Positions 24,326 through 34,479 of a stretch of DNA of 43,920 nt are shown piece after piece. Positions within the stretch are counted from its first letter, which is position 1. The number at the start of each line of letters is the position of its first letter. The position numbers and the translations under genes are program-made. The stretch is taken from positions 1-43,920 of IMG/VR virus record IMGVR_UViG_3300015201_000001. One strand, given 5' to 3'. The DNA comes from a virus (lineage: Duplodnaviria; Caudoviricetes). The notes under the pieces are model-generated. The model saw only the letters and a program-made list of their open reading frames with translations, ran no database searches and was not told the DNA's origin.

Positions 24326-27300
24326 GCGATCCCCCTCGCCTTGTACTCGTACAGCTTGCCTGACGTGCCGGTGTAGTCCCGCAGTGACGCGTCCACGCCG
24401 ATGGTCCCCAGGACGTCCCAGGCGATGGTGGACCCAGCCTCGCGCCGGAGGATCTGGTTCTTGATCACGTCCGGGCGGTCGCTGGCGCCGGTGACCGCGA
24501 GGTCATCGACGTACAGCACCGTGCCGTTGGCCGGGGAGCCCACCAGGGACGGCCCGTAGGCGGCCTTGGCCGCGCCCGCCGGGCAGGTGCCGGTGGCCGC
24601 AATCAGGGTCCAGGTGTTCGCTGGCACCGCGAAGATGTTGCCGGACCCGGACACGAATACGTCCCCCGCCGTGAACCAGTCGATCACTGCCGACACGTTC
24701 CCGGCCACCGGCTTGTAGACCCACATGCGGGCCGTGTAGCGGACGTCCGGCACCACGGGGACCTTGTGCGCGTAGTCCCGGACGAAAGCCTGGACAGGTG
24801 ACCCGGTCACGATCAGCTTTGCCGCGTAGACGCCGGTGTGGACCTGCTCCACCGTGGGATCAAACGTGCACCCCGTCTTGTCCCACACAGCCGTGCTGTT
24901 GTCCTCAAACCCGTACTCCGTGCTGCCCGGCATTTCGGGCTGCCCGGGCAGGGGATTGCTGACGGACACCAGGACGTAGCCCTGCTCCGGCACGGACGCC
25001 AGCGAGACCACGGGCGCCTCCGGCGTGGAGTAGCTGGGGAGCAGCAGCCGCTGGCCGATGCCGGACAGGACCAGGGCCGCGTTGCGCACCTGGATCTCCA
25101 CCCGGTGCTGGACGTCGGAGACCATGCCCGCCACCAGCGCGGTGGTGGCTGTGCTCGTGACCCAGCCGGTGTCCTGCACGATGACCAGGTCCAGCACCCG
25201 GCGGAGGATCACCCGGTAGCTGGCCTGGGTGGTGCCGGTGACGGACCAGGACACATACAGGTCATCCGTGTCCAGGCCCTGGGGGTTGTCGGTGGCCGGG
25301 TAGGTCACCGTGACCACGCCACCGGCGGAGGTCTGGAAGGTCCCGTAGTCACTCCAGCCGCCAGGCTCGTTCTGGGCGTCCCAGGTCATGACCCGCCACT
25401 GGTAGGACTGGCCGTTAGCCAGCGTCCCCCCGGCCACGTTGTGGGAGGACACGGTGGACGTGACCTTGCCGGTGTCCAGGGCCGTGGTCCCCAGGGCCGC
25501 GTCCAGAATCTGGAGCTGGTAGGCGGACTGGGTGTCCCCCGGGTTGGGGTCCTGGAAGGTCCAGGTGAACGCCTTGGCCAGGGTGGCGTCATAGTTGGTC
25601 ACCGGGTTGAGGACCGGGGGTGTCGGGGCCAGGTTGTAGACGTCCACGATGGACTGAGCGCCGACCGCCCCGGACTCCGTGTAGGCCACGTCCAGGTACG
25701 CGCGGTCCGTGATCGAGGCGTTGCGCGGCAGGCGCAGCGCGTTGACCACCCGGCCGCTGGTGATGGTGGACACCGTGATGCTGTTGCGCAGGGGCTGGAA
25801 GCTGTTCAGGTCGATGGCCGTCCGGCGGATCACGTTGTTGGCCGCGCTCGAAATGAAGTAGACCCAGATCCGGTTCTCCACCTCGTTGTAGACCGCATCC
25901 CAGCGGTTGGCCCGCGCCAGCACAGCCTCACTGGGCATGTTCGTAATGCCCTCGTCCCCCAGGTTGATGAAGCCGATCTCATTGGGGGCGGAGCTGGACC
26001 CGGAGTACTGCTGGACGCTGACGGCCAGACCCCAGCCGGTGTCACTGTCCACGGTCACCACAGCCGCCACCGTGTCGGAGATCCGCAGGATGCGCACCTT
26101 CGCGTTGGCGTCCTTTACGCCGTAGGCCAGCGTCTCCGTGGCGGACACGGCGTCCATGCCGGTTCCCGCGCTGTTGATGATGTAGCGGCCCATGACCACC
26201 TGGGAGTTGTCCCCCAGGGCGTGCTTCTTGGTCAGCGTCGCAGTGAAGCCCCAGGAGGGGTTTTGTCCACCGGCGGCCACCACGTCCAGGGACGTGCCCA
26301 CCTCGTTGGTCGGCAGGCCGTAGTAGCCCGTCTTGACGGTGGCCGGGACCAGGGTCCCCACCGCGCTGCCGGACCCGCGCAGGAAGCTGCCGGACCCCAC
26401 CCGCATGAAGCCGGTGTCCAGCAGGACCCAGACCAGGTCATTGCTGAAGCTGGCATGAGTGGACGGCGCCGCGCTTCCGCTGTTATGGCCCACCAGGGCC
26501 ATGACCCTGCCGCCGCCGGTGGGGTGCCAGACAGCCGCCACGTTGTTGATCTGCCCGTCATAGCTGGGCAGGTTGGCGGAGCGGATGCCCTTGCGGCTGT
26601 AGACGTTCAGGCCGGACCGGACGTACGCCATACCGGCCAGGGTGTTCTGGGTGCCGCCCAGGCGCCCGATCACGTAGAGGCTGCCCTGGTCATCCACGGT
26701 CAGGCCCAGGCCCTGCGCCCCGCGCTGGCGCCCGAACTGGGACGAGGTCTCCCCCAGGGGGATGCTGTCCAGGTAGGTGGCCGCGCCCGCCGCGTCGGCG
26801 CGCCACAGGTAGACGGCCGTGCCGTCCGTCCCGTCCACGGCCGTCAGGTAGGCGGTCCCGCCGTCCGGCACCTTGACGGAGCAGCCCAGCACCGGCACCA
26901 GCCGGGAGCGGGTCACGGTGGTGTAGACCAGCGCCGGGTCCGATGCGGTGCCGTCCGCCTCCGACGTCAGGTAGCCGGTGCCCTCATCCTCGGTCGGCAC
27001 GGCCCCAGCCGTCTGGCGGTCCGTCACCACCACGAACTCCATCGAGGTGACCGTGGGGACGGTGGTCACCAGGCTGTCCTGGGAAGCCGCCCACCGCTTA
27101 CCCACCGACTGGTGGACATTCCAGGCCCGCGCCTGGAGGGTCAGCGCGGACAGGTTGCTGGCGTTGCGCCAGTCCCCGGTCACGAGGCCCCCGCTGGACC
27201 AGCCGTAGCCCCGGATCTCCGCGCTACGCGCGCGGGTGGGGGTGAGCACATACGAGGTGGACAGGTGGATCTGCGCGTTGATCATCATTTCCGTGGCGGG

Positions 27301-27492
27301 CACGGCGGAGTAGTCAAACCCAATGAAGGTCTGGAAGATCCGATAGATGTCGTCGTTGTTGTTCTGGCCGGTCCAGCCGATCTGACCGCCTACCACGTTG
27401 TCCGCTGGGCCGCCCCGCGCGGTCGAATACGCCGCGTCGTAGCTGTCCAGGTAGCCGTCCGTGGCCTTGCCCAAGACGATGGTGACGGTCAT
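24322..27492 (-). CDS. Large minor tail protein with FN3-like and carbohydrate-binding-like domains
   Basis: 1056 aa, beta-rich; WTFQDP..DTQSAYQL...YQWRV.TWD (FN3-like). Confidence 0.75.
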   Translation of the reverse strand: MTVTIVLGKATDGYLDSYDAAYSTARGGPADNVVGGQIGWTGQNNNDDIYRIFQTFIGFDYSAVPATEMMINAQIHLSTSYVLTPTRARSAEIRGYGWSSGGLVTGDWRNASNLSALTLQARAWNVHQSVGKRWAASQDSLVTTVPTVTSMEFVVVTDRQTAGAVPTEDEGTGYLTSEADGTASDPALVYTTVTRSRLVPVLGCSVKVPDGGTAYLTAVDGTDGTAVYLWRADAAGAATYLDSIPLGETSSQFGRQRGAQGLGLTVDDQGSLYVIGRLGGTQNTLAGMAYVRSGLNVYSRKGIRSANLPSYDGQINNVAAVWHPTGGGRVMALVGHNSGSAAPSTHASFSNDLVWVLLDTGFMRVGSGSFLRGSGSAVGTLVPATVKTGYYGLPTNEVGTSLDVVAAGGQNPSWGFTATLTKKHALGDNSQVVMGRYIINSAGTGMDAVSATETLAYGVKDANAKVRILRISDTVAAVVTVDSDTGWGLAVSVQQYSGSSSAPNEIGFINLGDEGITNMPSEAVLARANRWDAVYNEVENRIWVYFISSAANNVIRRTAIDLNSFQPLRNSITVSTITSGRVVNALRLPRNASITDRAYLDVAYTESGAVGAQSIVDVYNLAPTPPVLNPVTNYDATLAKAFTWTFQDPNPGDTQSAYQLQILDAALGTTALDTGKVTSTVSSHNVAGGTLANGQSYQWRVMTWDAQNEPGGWSDYGTFQTSAGGVVTVTYPATDNPQGLDTDDLYVSWSVTGTTQASYRVILRRVLDLVIVQDTGWVTSTATTALVAGMVSDVQHRVEIQVRNAALVLSGIGQRLLLPSYSTPEAPVVSLASVPEQGYVLVSVSNPLPGQPEMPGSTEYGFEDNSTAVWDKTGCTFDPTVEQVHTGVYAAKLIVTGSPVQAFVRDYAHKVPVVPDVRYTARMWVYKPVAGNVSAVIDWFTAGDVFVSGSGNIFAVPANTWTLIAATGTCPAGAAKAAYGPSLVGSPANGTVLYVDDLAVTGASDRPDVIKNQILRREAGSTIAWDVLGTIGVDASLRDYTGTSGKLYEYKARGIA

Positions 27493-27887
27493 CCCCGGAG
27501 CCCCTTTCGTTGTGCCTGGGCGCCACCGTACTGGGCGACCAGCTCCGCCAGCGCAGCCAGGGGATCATGCCGGTATCGGCCGGTAGCCAGCTCGATGTCC
27601 CCCGCCGGGTCGGAGACCAGCGTCGGGGGATTCTCGATCCGGAAGTGCGGGTCCCCGCCCTCCACCTGGCCGCCCATGTGGACCTCCACCCACTCGTGTT
27701 CGCCCTCCTTGTGGAAGTCGAATCGCTCGATGTGGACGGCGCCGTGCCGGGTCTGGGCCAGGTAGCCCTCCTCCGGCAATGCTGCTGCGGCCCGCTGTAC
27801 GGCCCGTGTGCGCTCTTTCGCGCGCCTGCGGCCCTCTGGGATGGTGCGAGGCTCTACGGGCCGCTGAGGGCCTTCTGGGGCGGTCAT
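27489..27887 (-). CDS. Hypothetical protein in the tail region
   Basis: ATGA overlaps on both sides. Confidence 0.7.
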   Translation of the reverse strand: MTAPEGPQRPVEPRTIPEGRRRAKERTRAVQRAAAALPEEGYLAQTRHGAVHIERFDFHKEGEHEWVEVHMGGQVEGGDPHFRIENPPTLVSDPAGDIELATGRYRHDPLAALAELVAQYGGAQAQRKGLRG

Positions 27888-30001
27888 GCGTAGTTCACCT
27901 TCCCGATGGTGCTGGAGCGGTACGTGCGGGCCGTGGACGCCAGGCCCGTGACGGCGTCCATGACCTCCTGGAGGGAACGGAAGCTGGAGAGGTCCAGCAC
28001 GATCGAGCCGGGGCCGAACTGGAAGACGTGGCCGCCGCCGCCCCCGCCCATCGAGCGGGCCTCGCTGGAGGGGGTGGCCGGTGCCGATGGTGAGGACAGG
28101 CGGACGCCGGAGCGCAGCGCCTGGCGCCACGCCATGATGGCCTGGTGGCCGCCAGCCGCGTCCACCTCCTTGTCCGTCAGGACATGCTCCCCCGGCGCCA
28201 GCAGGCGCAGCTCACTGTCCACGCCCTTCAGGCCGGGGCCGGTGACGGGGCCACCGGTCGCCATGTTCTTGCGGATGGCCGCCGCCGCCGCGCTGGCGTT
28301 CTTGGCACCGGTGATCCGCATAGCGATGTTGACCACCTCGTCCGGGATGCCGTTCAGCATCCGGCGGGTCTCCGCGATCGTGGCCTTGGCGCCGGAGTTG
28401 TTCGCCTTGATCGTGGTGGTCCAGCCCTTGGGGATGGCCATGATCTTGTTGGCGTACGCCACGGCCTCGCTGCGGCTGTTGCCCATCGCCATGCGGGTCT
28501 GGATCAGCTTCTCCCGGCTGTTGGCGTACGCGCGAGCGGCAGCGCCCTCAGCCGCGCTGGTGCCCTTGGTCGCGGCCGTCTGGTCATAGACCGCCTGGGC
28601 GTGCTGCTGCCCGGCCCGCGCCAGGTTCAGCAGGGCCGTGCGGTTGGCGCGGCCCTTGTCCGTGTTGGCGTCCAGGGTCTTGCCGTTGTCCTTGATCGAC
28701 TTTGTGGCCGCGTCGATGGCGTCCTCAAACGCGATCTCCGTCTGCTCCGCGTTCATCGCCGCGCCATTGAGGGCGTCCATCGCGCCCTTCAGGTCGGTGG
28801 CCGCGTCGGCACCCTGGGCCATGGTCCCGTTGAGGATGCGCTGCCGGGTCGCCATGGCCTCGTTGCTCTGGCTGGCGCGCGAGGTGGTGGAGGCCAGCCC
28901 GTCCATGCCGGTGGTGGTCCCCTCCAGGCCGCGCGCCGCGCCGTGGGCCGTGTCCTGGATGTCCTTCAAGTCGTCCTGCCAGCCCTTGAAGACGTCCCCC
29001 ACTCCGGGCAGGTGGCTCATCCAGCCCAGCCAGGTGACCCCCCAGTCCACGGTGATGCGGTACGCCTCCGCCAGCCAGGCGATGACCGACGCGCCCGCGC
29101 GGATCATGTCCGCCACGAAGAACACCATCGACTGAAGCCCAGCCGCAGCCTCGTCCGTGCTGCCGCTCAGATCCGTGAACGCGTCGGAGAGGGCGTCCCC
29201 GATCTCCCCCAGGCCGTCCTTCAGGACGTTGATGACCGGTCCGGCCTCGCGGAGCAGGTTGTTGAAGCCGGGCAGGGCGTTGCGCACCAGGCTCATGAAG
29301 CCGTCCAGGAGCGGCTGGACGTACGCCTTGGCCGGGGCCAGCGCCGTCCGCAGCTCCGTGCCGATGCCCCGCATGTCCCCGCGCACGCTGGCGATGGCGG
29401 AGAGCATGGTCGGCTCCCAGTCCTTGCCAATGTCATCGAGGATGTCTGAGGCGTCGTGCTTCAGGCCCATCAGGGCGCCCTTGACCGCTGGCTGGCGGAT
29501 GGCCGCCGCGATGCCGATACCGATACCGGCCATCGCCACACCGGCCGTGAGGCCGCCAGCCAGGGCGGCACCGGCCAGCGGGGCGGCCAGCGCCACCATG
29601 CCCACGATGGCCGCGCCGACAACCGGCCCCGCCGGGCCGATGTTGCCCAGCCCATCGCTGAGGATCTTGCCGACCTTGCTGGCGCCCTGGGTGGCCCCGC
29701 TGATGATGCCGCCACCCAGGCCCTTGGCGAACTTCATGCCGGAGGACTTGCCGTCCTCGTCCCCCATCCGGCTGAACAGGCTGCCCGCCTTGGTGCGCAT
29801 GGTGCGCAGCAGGCCGTCACTCGACCCGCCGAAGGACTTACCGAAGCGGCTGCCGCCCTCCTTGCCCGCGTCATCCAGACCACGGGTGAGCAGGTTCCCG
29901 GCCTTGTCGCTGGCCGTCTCGACGTCATGGAGCAGGGCCCCATCATCGAGATCAACTGACACGTCAACGAACGCATCAGCGACCTTGAATCCATCAGGCA
30001 C
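27884..30001 (-). CDS. Tape measure protein
   Basis: ~705 aa, Ala/Gly-rich helical, follows the tail chaperones; C-terminal MATGG...LAPGEHVL; GGAGG RBS. Confidence 0.88.
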   Translation of the reverse strand: MPDGFKVADAFVDVSVDLDDGALLHDVETASDKAGNLLTRGLDDAGKEGGSRFGKSFGGSSDGLLRTMRTKAGSLFSRMGDEDGKSSGMKFAKGLGGGIISGATQGASKVGKILSDGLGNIGPAGPVVGAAIVGMVALAAPLAGAALAGGLTAGVAMAGIGIGIAAAIRQPAVKGALMGLKHDASDILDDIGKDWEPTMLSAIASVRGDMRGIGTELRTALAPAKAYVQPLLDGFMSLVRNALPGFNNLLREAGPVINVLKDGLGEIGDALSDAFTDLSGSTDEAAAGLQSMVFFVADMIRAGASVIAWLAEAYRITVDWGVTWLGWMSHLPGVGDVFKGWQDDLKDIQDTAHGAARGLEGTTTGMDGLASTTSRASQSNEAMATRQRILNGTMAQGADAATDLKGAMDALNGAAMNAEQTEIAFEDAIDAATKSIKDNGKTLDANTDKGRANRTALLNLARAGQQHAQAVYDQTAATKGTSAAEGAAARAYANSREKLIQTRMAMGNSRSEAVAYANKIMAIPKGWTTTIKANNSGAKATIAETRRMLNGIPDEVVNIAMRITGAKNASAAAAAIRKNMATGGPVTGPGLKGVDSELRLLAPGEHVLTDKEVDAAGGHQAIMAWRQALRSGVRLSSPSAPATPSSEARSMGGGGGGHVFQFGPGSIVLDLSSFRSLQEVMDAVTGLASTARTYRSSTIGKVNYA

Positions 30002-30287
30002 GGGTGACCTCCAGGTCAGGGTCAAGCATGAGCGCGGCGGCCGTTTCCGGCTCCTGGCCCAGCTCCTCGGTCATGCGCATGGCAGCGTTGCGGACGGCGC
30101 CGGAGTAGACGGGCAGGTGCTCCGCGTAGTTCAGGAAGCGCGGGCCGGACAGCCCGCCGGTGTCCCGGTCGCTTCTGTCCATGATCCGCACCTCCTTCCC
30201 ATACAGCGCCAAGAAATCCGCCTCGATCTCCGCCAGGTGCCACATGATCCATGCGACCTGGCGGAGCCTTACTCCTGCGCTTTTCCC
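29994..30287 (-). CDS. Tail assembly chaperone, -1 frameshifted extension
   Basis: Open frame reached by a -1 slip at G GGA AAA (30287-30281). Confidence 0.8.
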   Translation of the reverse strand, partial: GKSAGVRLRQVAWIMWHLAEIEADFLALYGKEVRIMDRSDRDTGGLSGPRFLNYAEHLPVYSGAVRNAAMRMTEELGQEPETAAALMLDPDLEVTRA

Positions 30288-30601
30288 AGCTCCTTCACCG
30301 GTCCCATGAAGTGCAGACCGATGCGGTTGATCAGGTTCTGGGCGTCCTTCAGGGTGAGCTGTTCACAGGTCAGGACCGCGTCCATCCCATCAGCCCCCAG
30401 GGCGTGGCGCGCCAGCCACAGGACGGTGGCGGCCTCTCCCCGGTTGATGAAGACCTCCAGGGCCAGCAGCGCGGTGGGGCCGCTGATGACCTTGGGGATC
30501 GAGTACTCCTTGTCCTCGCCGTCCTTGGTGATGACGAAGGCAGGGATGCGCTCCTCCTCGATGGGGGGAGCGTCGCTGTTGACCTTCACTGGATCGAACA
30601 T
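30269..30601 (-). CDS. Tail assembly chaperone
   Basis: Between major tail and tape measure; AAGGAGG RBS; slippery site at the 3' end. Confidence 0.82.
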   Translation of the reverse strand: MFDPVKVNSDAPPIEEERIPAFVITKDGEDKEYSIPKVISGPTALLALEVFINRGEAATVLWLARHALGADGMDAVLTCEQLTLKDAQNLINRIGLHFMGPVKELGKAQE

Positions 30602-30657
30602 CAGGTGGCCTCCTTGATGTGACCGATAGGGGATCTTGCCGGGGTGACGCTACGCGC

Positions 30658-31242
30658 TTACGCGCCAGCTTCCACGATGCGGATGGGCCGCACGGTGGGG
30701 CTGACGTAGAAGCACTTGAATTGCACAGGGATGAAGGTCTGCTCATCCTTCTTGTACGCCGTGCCCACCGCGTTGACGGAGAGGACCTTGCGCGCGATGA
30801 CCAGCCGCCGCTTGCGGGCCGGAGCCCAGCCACGGAAGATCAGCGCGTGGTAGTTCGGCTCCTCGCCGGAGTCGTCACCGTTCTGCTCCAGCGCCCGCCA
30901 GGCCGTGCCGCCGGTGCCACCGCTGGTGATGGACTCCGGGTCCTCGCCCCAGGCGATGGCCAGATTCTCCAGCGTGATCTCCGCCAGGTTGGTGGAGATC
31001 GTGGTCAGCCGGGACGTCTGCCGGGTGCCCGCCGGGTCCATGATCTGATCGGCCCGCAGGTCGTAGAAGTTGCGGTCCATGTTCTTGGTGACACCGCCGT
31101 CAGTGCCACCGAAGTTGTGCCAGACCTCGTCATCCAGCTCCCCGGAGACCACCGTGTCCAGCGGCTCCGTGGCCCCGAAGAGGCCGTGGTACAGCTCCCC
31201 TGCGCCACCCAGCAGGTTGGTGGCGGTAACCTCGCCAGCCAT
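30658..31242 (-). CDS. Major tail protein
   Basis: Position; LLGGAGELY and FGGTDGGV motifs. Confidence 0.82.
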   Translation of the reverse strand: MAGEVTATNLLGGAGELYHGLFGATEPLDTVVSGELDDEVWHNFGGTDGGVTKNMDRNFYDLRADQIMDPAGTRQTSRLTTISTNLAEITLENLAIAWGEDPESITSGGTGGTAWRALEQNGDDSGEEPNYHALIFRGWAPARKRRLVIARKVLSVNAVGTAYKKDEQTFIPVQFKCFYVSPTVRPIRIVEAGA

Positions 31243-31382
31243 TAGTTGCCCTCCAGCTTCCGCGTCTCCGCGTTGTCCGTGATCAGCAGGCCCTGGCGCT
31301 GGAGGTCCAGCGCCTCAGCCCTGCTGACCTCGATGGGCTCCGTTGGCCGCATCGTGGTCCGTACCTTGATCTTCTCAGCCAT
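31242..31382 (-). CDS. Small hypothetical protein
   Basis: 46 aa, AGGAAGG RBS, TAATG coupling. Confidence 0.65.
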   Translation of the reverse strand: MAEKIKVRTTMRPTEPIEVSRAEALDLQRQGLLITDNAETRKLEGN

Positions 31383-31384
31383 GA

Positions 31385-31846
31385 TCATCCTTCCTGGCTG
31401 GTCCATGAGATCTCCACGTCCAGACTGTAGTGGGCGCGGCTCGTGTCCTGGTCCGGGATGCGGCGCGGGTGCGCGTTGACCGGACGGACGGAGTCGATCG
31501 AGACCACCAGGTCCGGCGCCACCTCGACCAGCCCCCGGCCCTTGCCGTTGAAGCCAGCACCCCAGACCCGCAGCAGGAGCTGGTAGGCCAGCCCCAGCGG
31601 CGGCCGGTCGCTGTTGTCCTTGGTGGCCCACGAGTCGATGGAGATCACGTCCCGGTGGTAGGGGGTGTCCCCCACGGTCCCGCCGCCGGTGCCCAGCACC
31701 TGGATGAACGCGCGCGAGGTGCCCACCAAGGGCCACGTCTTGGCCTCCGGGACGGTGGTGGCGACCGCGCTCCCGGCCTCCGTGGCGAGGGCCTTGACCC
31801 AGGCCACGGCCACCTGCTCCGGCCCGATCTCCATGGGTGCGGTCAC
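31385..31846 (-). CDS. Tail terminator-like protein
   Basis: Position and size; GTGA overlap. Confidence 0.65.
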   Translation of the reverse strand: MTAPMEIGPEQVAVAWVKALATEAGSAVATTVPEAKTWPLVGTSRAFIQVLGTGGGTVGDTPYHRDVISIDSWATKDNSDRPPLGLAYQLLLRVWGAGFNGKGRGLVEVAPDLVVSIDSVRPVNAHPRRIPDQDTSRAHYSLDVEISWTSQEG

Positions 31847-32139
31847 AGTGTGCTCCGATACTGGTAGACGGCCGGACGGATATACGGCTGGGCAGCCATG
31901 ACCGACGTGCCGAACTCCTGATAAAGGTGGTAGTCCACACCGGCGGCCACGTCCCCGAACCAGATGCGGTGGACCGCGCTCCCGCGCTCCGCCCGGATGG
32001 ACGCGCGCAGCTCTCCGGACAGGACCGGGACGTAACGGACAGCGTCCTCCGCGATGGCCTCCGCGACCTTGAAGCACCCCTGGACAGCGGCCACACGGAC
32101 CTGGCCCATGCCGTTGCGGTCGATGATCACGCGAGACAC
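31843..32139 (-). CDS. HK97 gp10-like neck protein
   Basis: PVLSGELRASI...YQEFGTSVMAAQPYIRPA. Confidence 0.8.
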   Translation of the reverse strand: MSRVIIDRNGMGQVRVAAVQGCFKVAEAIAEDAVRYVPVLSGELRASIRAERGSAVHRIWFGDVAAGVDYHLYQEFGTSVMAAQPYIRPAVYQYRSTL

Positions 32140-32197
32140 GGGCCCTCCTTGTCGGGGGTCGAGAGGTGGAGCAGGCGGCCGGTTGTCCCGGTCGAGA

Positions 32198-32533
32198 TCA
32201 GCTTACGCGGCGCAGGTCCAGGCGTATGTCCTGGGGAGTCGTGGGGTGCTTCGGCAGGGTCACGGAGTCCACGGAGTAGACGTCCCCGGTCCGCTCGTCC
32301 AGGACCCGGGACAGGTTGTCCACCGGCGTCCCCACGGGGACACGGCAGATCGAGTAGCGGACCACCACGGCCTGGAGGTCAGACTCCGTGGACACGGTCG
32401 GCATGGACCGGTCCAGCAGGCTGGCCGGGACACCGGCGGCCAGCGGGGTGGTGGCCTCGTCGGAGTCGCCGTACGGGTCCGGGGTCGCGGTCCCGCCCAT
32501 GAGCGTCACGGTGGTGGTGGGCAGGCTACGCAT
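32198..32533 (-). CDS. Head-to-tail stopper-like protein
   Basis: DPYGD motif and position. Confidence 0.65.
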   Translation of the reverse strand: MRSLPTTTVTLMGGTATPDPYGDSDEATTPLAAGVPASLLDRSMPTVSTESDLQAVVVRYSICRVPVGTPVDNLSRVLDERTGDVYSVDSVTLPKHPTTPQDIRLDLRRVS

Positions 32534-32963
32534 CGGGCACGGTCCAGTAGTCGCTGGACTCGTTCAGAAAGTCGATCATCAGGGCGCCCCTGGGGATGCG
32601 GCGGTCCGCGCGCAGGTTGATGACCCGGGTCCCCATCCAGCTCAGGTTCTTGATCTCGCGCTGCGCGAGGGGGGCCAGGTCCTGGTCCGCCTGGGACTTG
32701 CGGTCCGCGCTGGCGCCGTCCGCACTGGGCGCGTAGTCCACGCCGCGATGGGTCAGCAGACCCGGCTGGTTGCCGATCCAGATGGCCTGCCAGCCGGTGG
32801 CCTTGCGCAGGGTCGCGCGGTCGCGCGCGGTGAGGGCGGCTTCCGGCAGCTCCGGGTCCGTGCCCGCGTACGTGTCGATGACGGAGCTGGCCAGCGCCAG
32901 GTCCTCCACGGAGACGTCCTTGCCTGTCTGGTCCTTCACCTGCTGAACCGTGGCCCAGGGCAT
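32526..32963 (-). CDS. Head-to-tail adaptor-like protein
   Basis: WATV..V N-terminus, LRKAT.WQA, LAPLA; position. Confidence 0.68.
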   Translation of the reverse strand: MPWATVQQVKDQTGKDVSVEDLALASSVIDTYAGTDPELPEAALTARDRATLRKATGWQAIWIGNQPGLLTHRGVDYAPSADGASADRKSQADQDLAPLAQREIKNLSWMGTRVINLRADRRIPRGALMIDFLNESSDYWTVPDA

Positions 32964-33000
32964 CGGTCACTCCTCGCGCTCGATCGGACGGCTACCGGGA

Positions 33001-33031
33001 CGGCAGGGGGAGGAGGCCCAACCCCCTGCCG
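33001..33031 (-). terminator. Hairpin / terminator
   Basis: CGGCAGGGGG/CCCCCTGCCG. Confidence 0.6.
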
Positions 33032-33040
33032 CCGGTCCGG

Positions 33041-33388
33041 TTACTTGATCTTGTAGTCCTCGTCCGCGTTCTTGCGCTGGACCTGCGGGTCCGGGAGCGG
33101 GTCGCCGTAGCCGCCGCCGGGGAGGATGGTGCCCGCGCCGACCGTGGACGGGTCGATGAAGACGCCCTCCTCGATCACGTGGTCTTCCCGGTTGCTGGAC
33201 CCGGCGTCCTTGATGGCCTGGTCCTGGGCCTCGACGTCCACGCCCGGGACGGCGGTCGAGCCGACCACGTCACCGTCCGTGGCGAGGTTGCCCGCGTCCT
33301 TGGCCTGGGTGTCCTCGGTCGCCTTGGGCGCCGGGGCGGGGGCCGGGGTGGTGGTCTTGGGAGCGGTGGTCTTGGGGGTCTCAGCCAT
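33041..33388 (-). CDS. Low-complexity hypothetical protein after the capsid gene
   Basis: GAGG RBS; Thr/Pro/Ala-rich N-terminus. Confidence 0.7.
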   Translation of the reverse strand: MAETPKTTAPKTTTPAPAPAPKATEDTQAKDAGNLATDGDVVGSTAVPGVDVEAQDQAIKDAGSSNREDHVIEEGVFIDPSTVGAGTILPGGGYGDPLPDPQVQRKNADEDYKIK

Positions 33389-33467
33389 GGGGCTGCCTCT
33401 CTGCGATGCCCGCCGCGCCCGCTGAGCGGGCCGTGGGCGGGTCAGAACGGGTCGGGGGTAGTGCGGG

Positions 33468-33495
33468 GTAGGGCGCCCCCGGAGGAGCGCCCTAC
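33468..33495 (-). terminator. Hairpin after the major capsid gene
   Basis: GTAGGGCGC/GCGCCCTAC. Confidence 0.6.
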
Positions 33496-33501
33496 GGCCT
33501 A

Positions 33502-34479
33502 CTAGACGGGCGTGATCTCCAGGATGGAGAACGCGTGCGGGGTGCTGAGCGCGAAGGCACGCCGCATGGTGGCCTTCATCAGCGCCTCGTCCGACAGGAA
33601 GCCCAGGCCGTTGGCGGCCCGCTGCCACTGGGTGCCCGGGTTGCCCGGGGCCATGCCCGCGCTGGTCCGCGCCTTGCCGTTGTTCATCAGCTTGCGGTTG
33701 CCGATGATGGCGAGGGGGTTGCCCGCCGGGGCCTGGGTGTCCACCGCGCTGGTCCGCGCGCCCTTGGCGAACTTGCCGGTGTACCCGAAGAAGGTGGCCT
33801 CCGCACCGGACTGCACGTCCTGGAAGTACGGGAGACCGGTCAGCGGGTTGAGCTGGTTGCGCAGGAGCGCCCGGAAGGCCGGGGACATGAGGACGACGGT
33901 GTCACCCTCATCGAAGAACAGGCCCTCCTCGTACTTGGCCAGCCAGTCACTGATGGCCGCGTAGCCGGTGGCACCGGCCAGGAAGTTGGCCCGCGCAACC
34001 TTGGTGATGTTCTGGTTGGCCGTGTAGTTGCCGTGCGGGGTGGTGCTGGCCTGGGACAGCTCGTAGTACAGCGAGCGGTACTTGACCGTGGTGCCGTTGG
34101 GCGCGGCCGTGACCGCCAGGGCCGCGTTGTCGTAGTGCGCGGCGAGGGCCTTACCGGCCTCCTCCTCGTACATACGCATGGTCGCCTCGCCCATGGTCGT
34201 GTCGACCAGGTCCTCTTCCGCGATCTTCGCGGCCCCGCCGACCTTCGCGGCCACCATCTGGATGCGGTCGGAGGTGTTGGTGCTGAAGCCGTAGTCCGCA
34301 CCCTTGGCCACGGTCGCCACGGTGAAGCCACCGAAGCGGTCGATCTCCTTGGTGTCGGAGGTCATCGTGATCGGGTTGGCGTACTGCTCCACGGCGCTGG
34401 CCTGCCCCAGGGCGCGCAGCGCGGGGCCGCTCGCCTCGTTGGGGATGAACAGCTCAAGATCCTGGCGGTTGGTAGTCAT
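33502..34479 (-). CDS. Major capsid protein (HK97-like)
   Basis: 325 aa; FIPNE.S, KVGGAAKIAEEDLVD, AIIGN, RRAF pattern; position; GAGG RBS. Confidence 0.85.
   Translation of the reverse strand: MTTNRQDLELFIPNEASGPALRALGQASAVEQYANPITMTSDTKEIDRFGGFTVATVAKGADYGFSTNTSDRIQMVAAKVGGAAKIAEEDLVDTTMGEATMRMYEEEAGKALAAHYDNAALAVTAAPNGTTVKYRSLYYELSQASTTPHGNYTANQNITKVARANFLAGATGYAAISDWLAKYEEGLFFDEGDTVVLMSPAFRALLRNQLNPLTGLPYFQDVQSGAEATFFGYTGKFAKGARTSAVDTQAPAGNPLAIIGNRKLMNNGKARTSAGMAPGNPGTQWQRAANGLGFLSDEALMKATMRRAFALSTPHAFSILEITPV

Noticed and set aside
24838-27765. 975-aa + strand ORF and other long antisense ORFs (e.g. 6175-7917, 13844-15502, 536-1909)
   Set aside because: Shadow frames of high-GC3 genes on the opposite strand, with no recognisable motifs.
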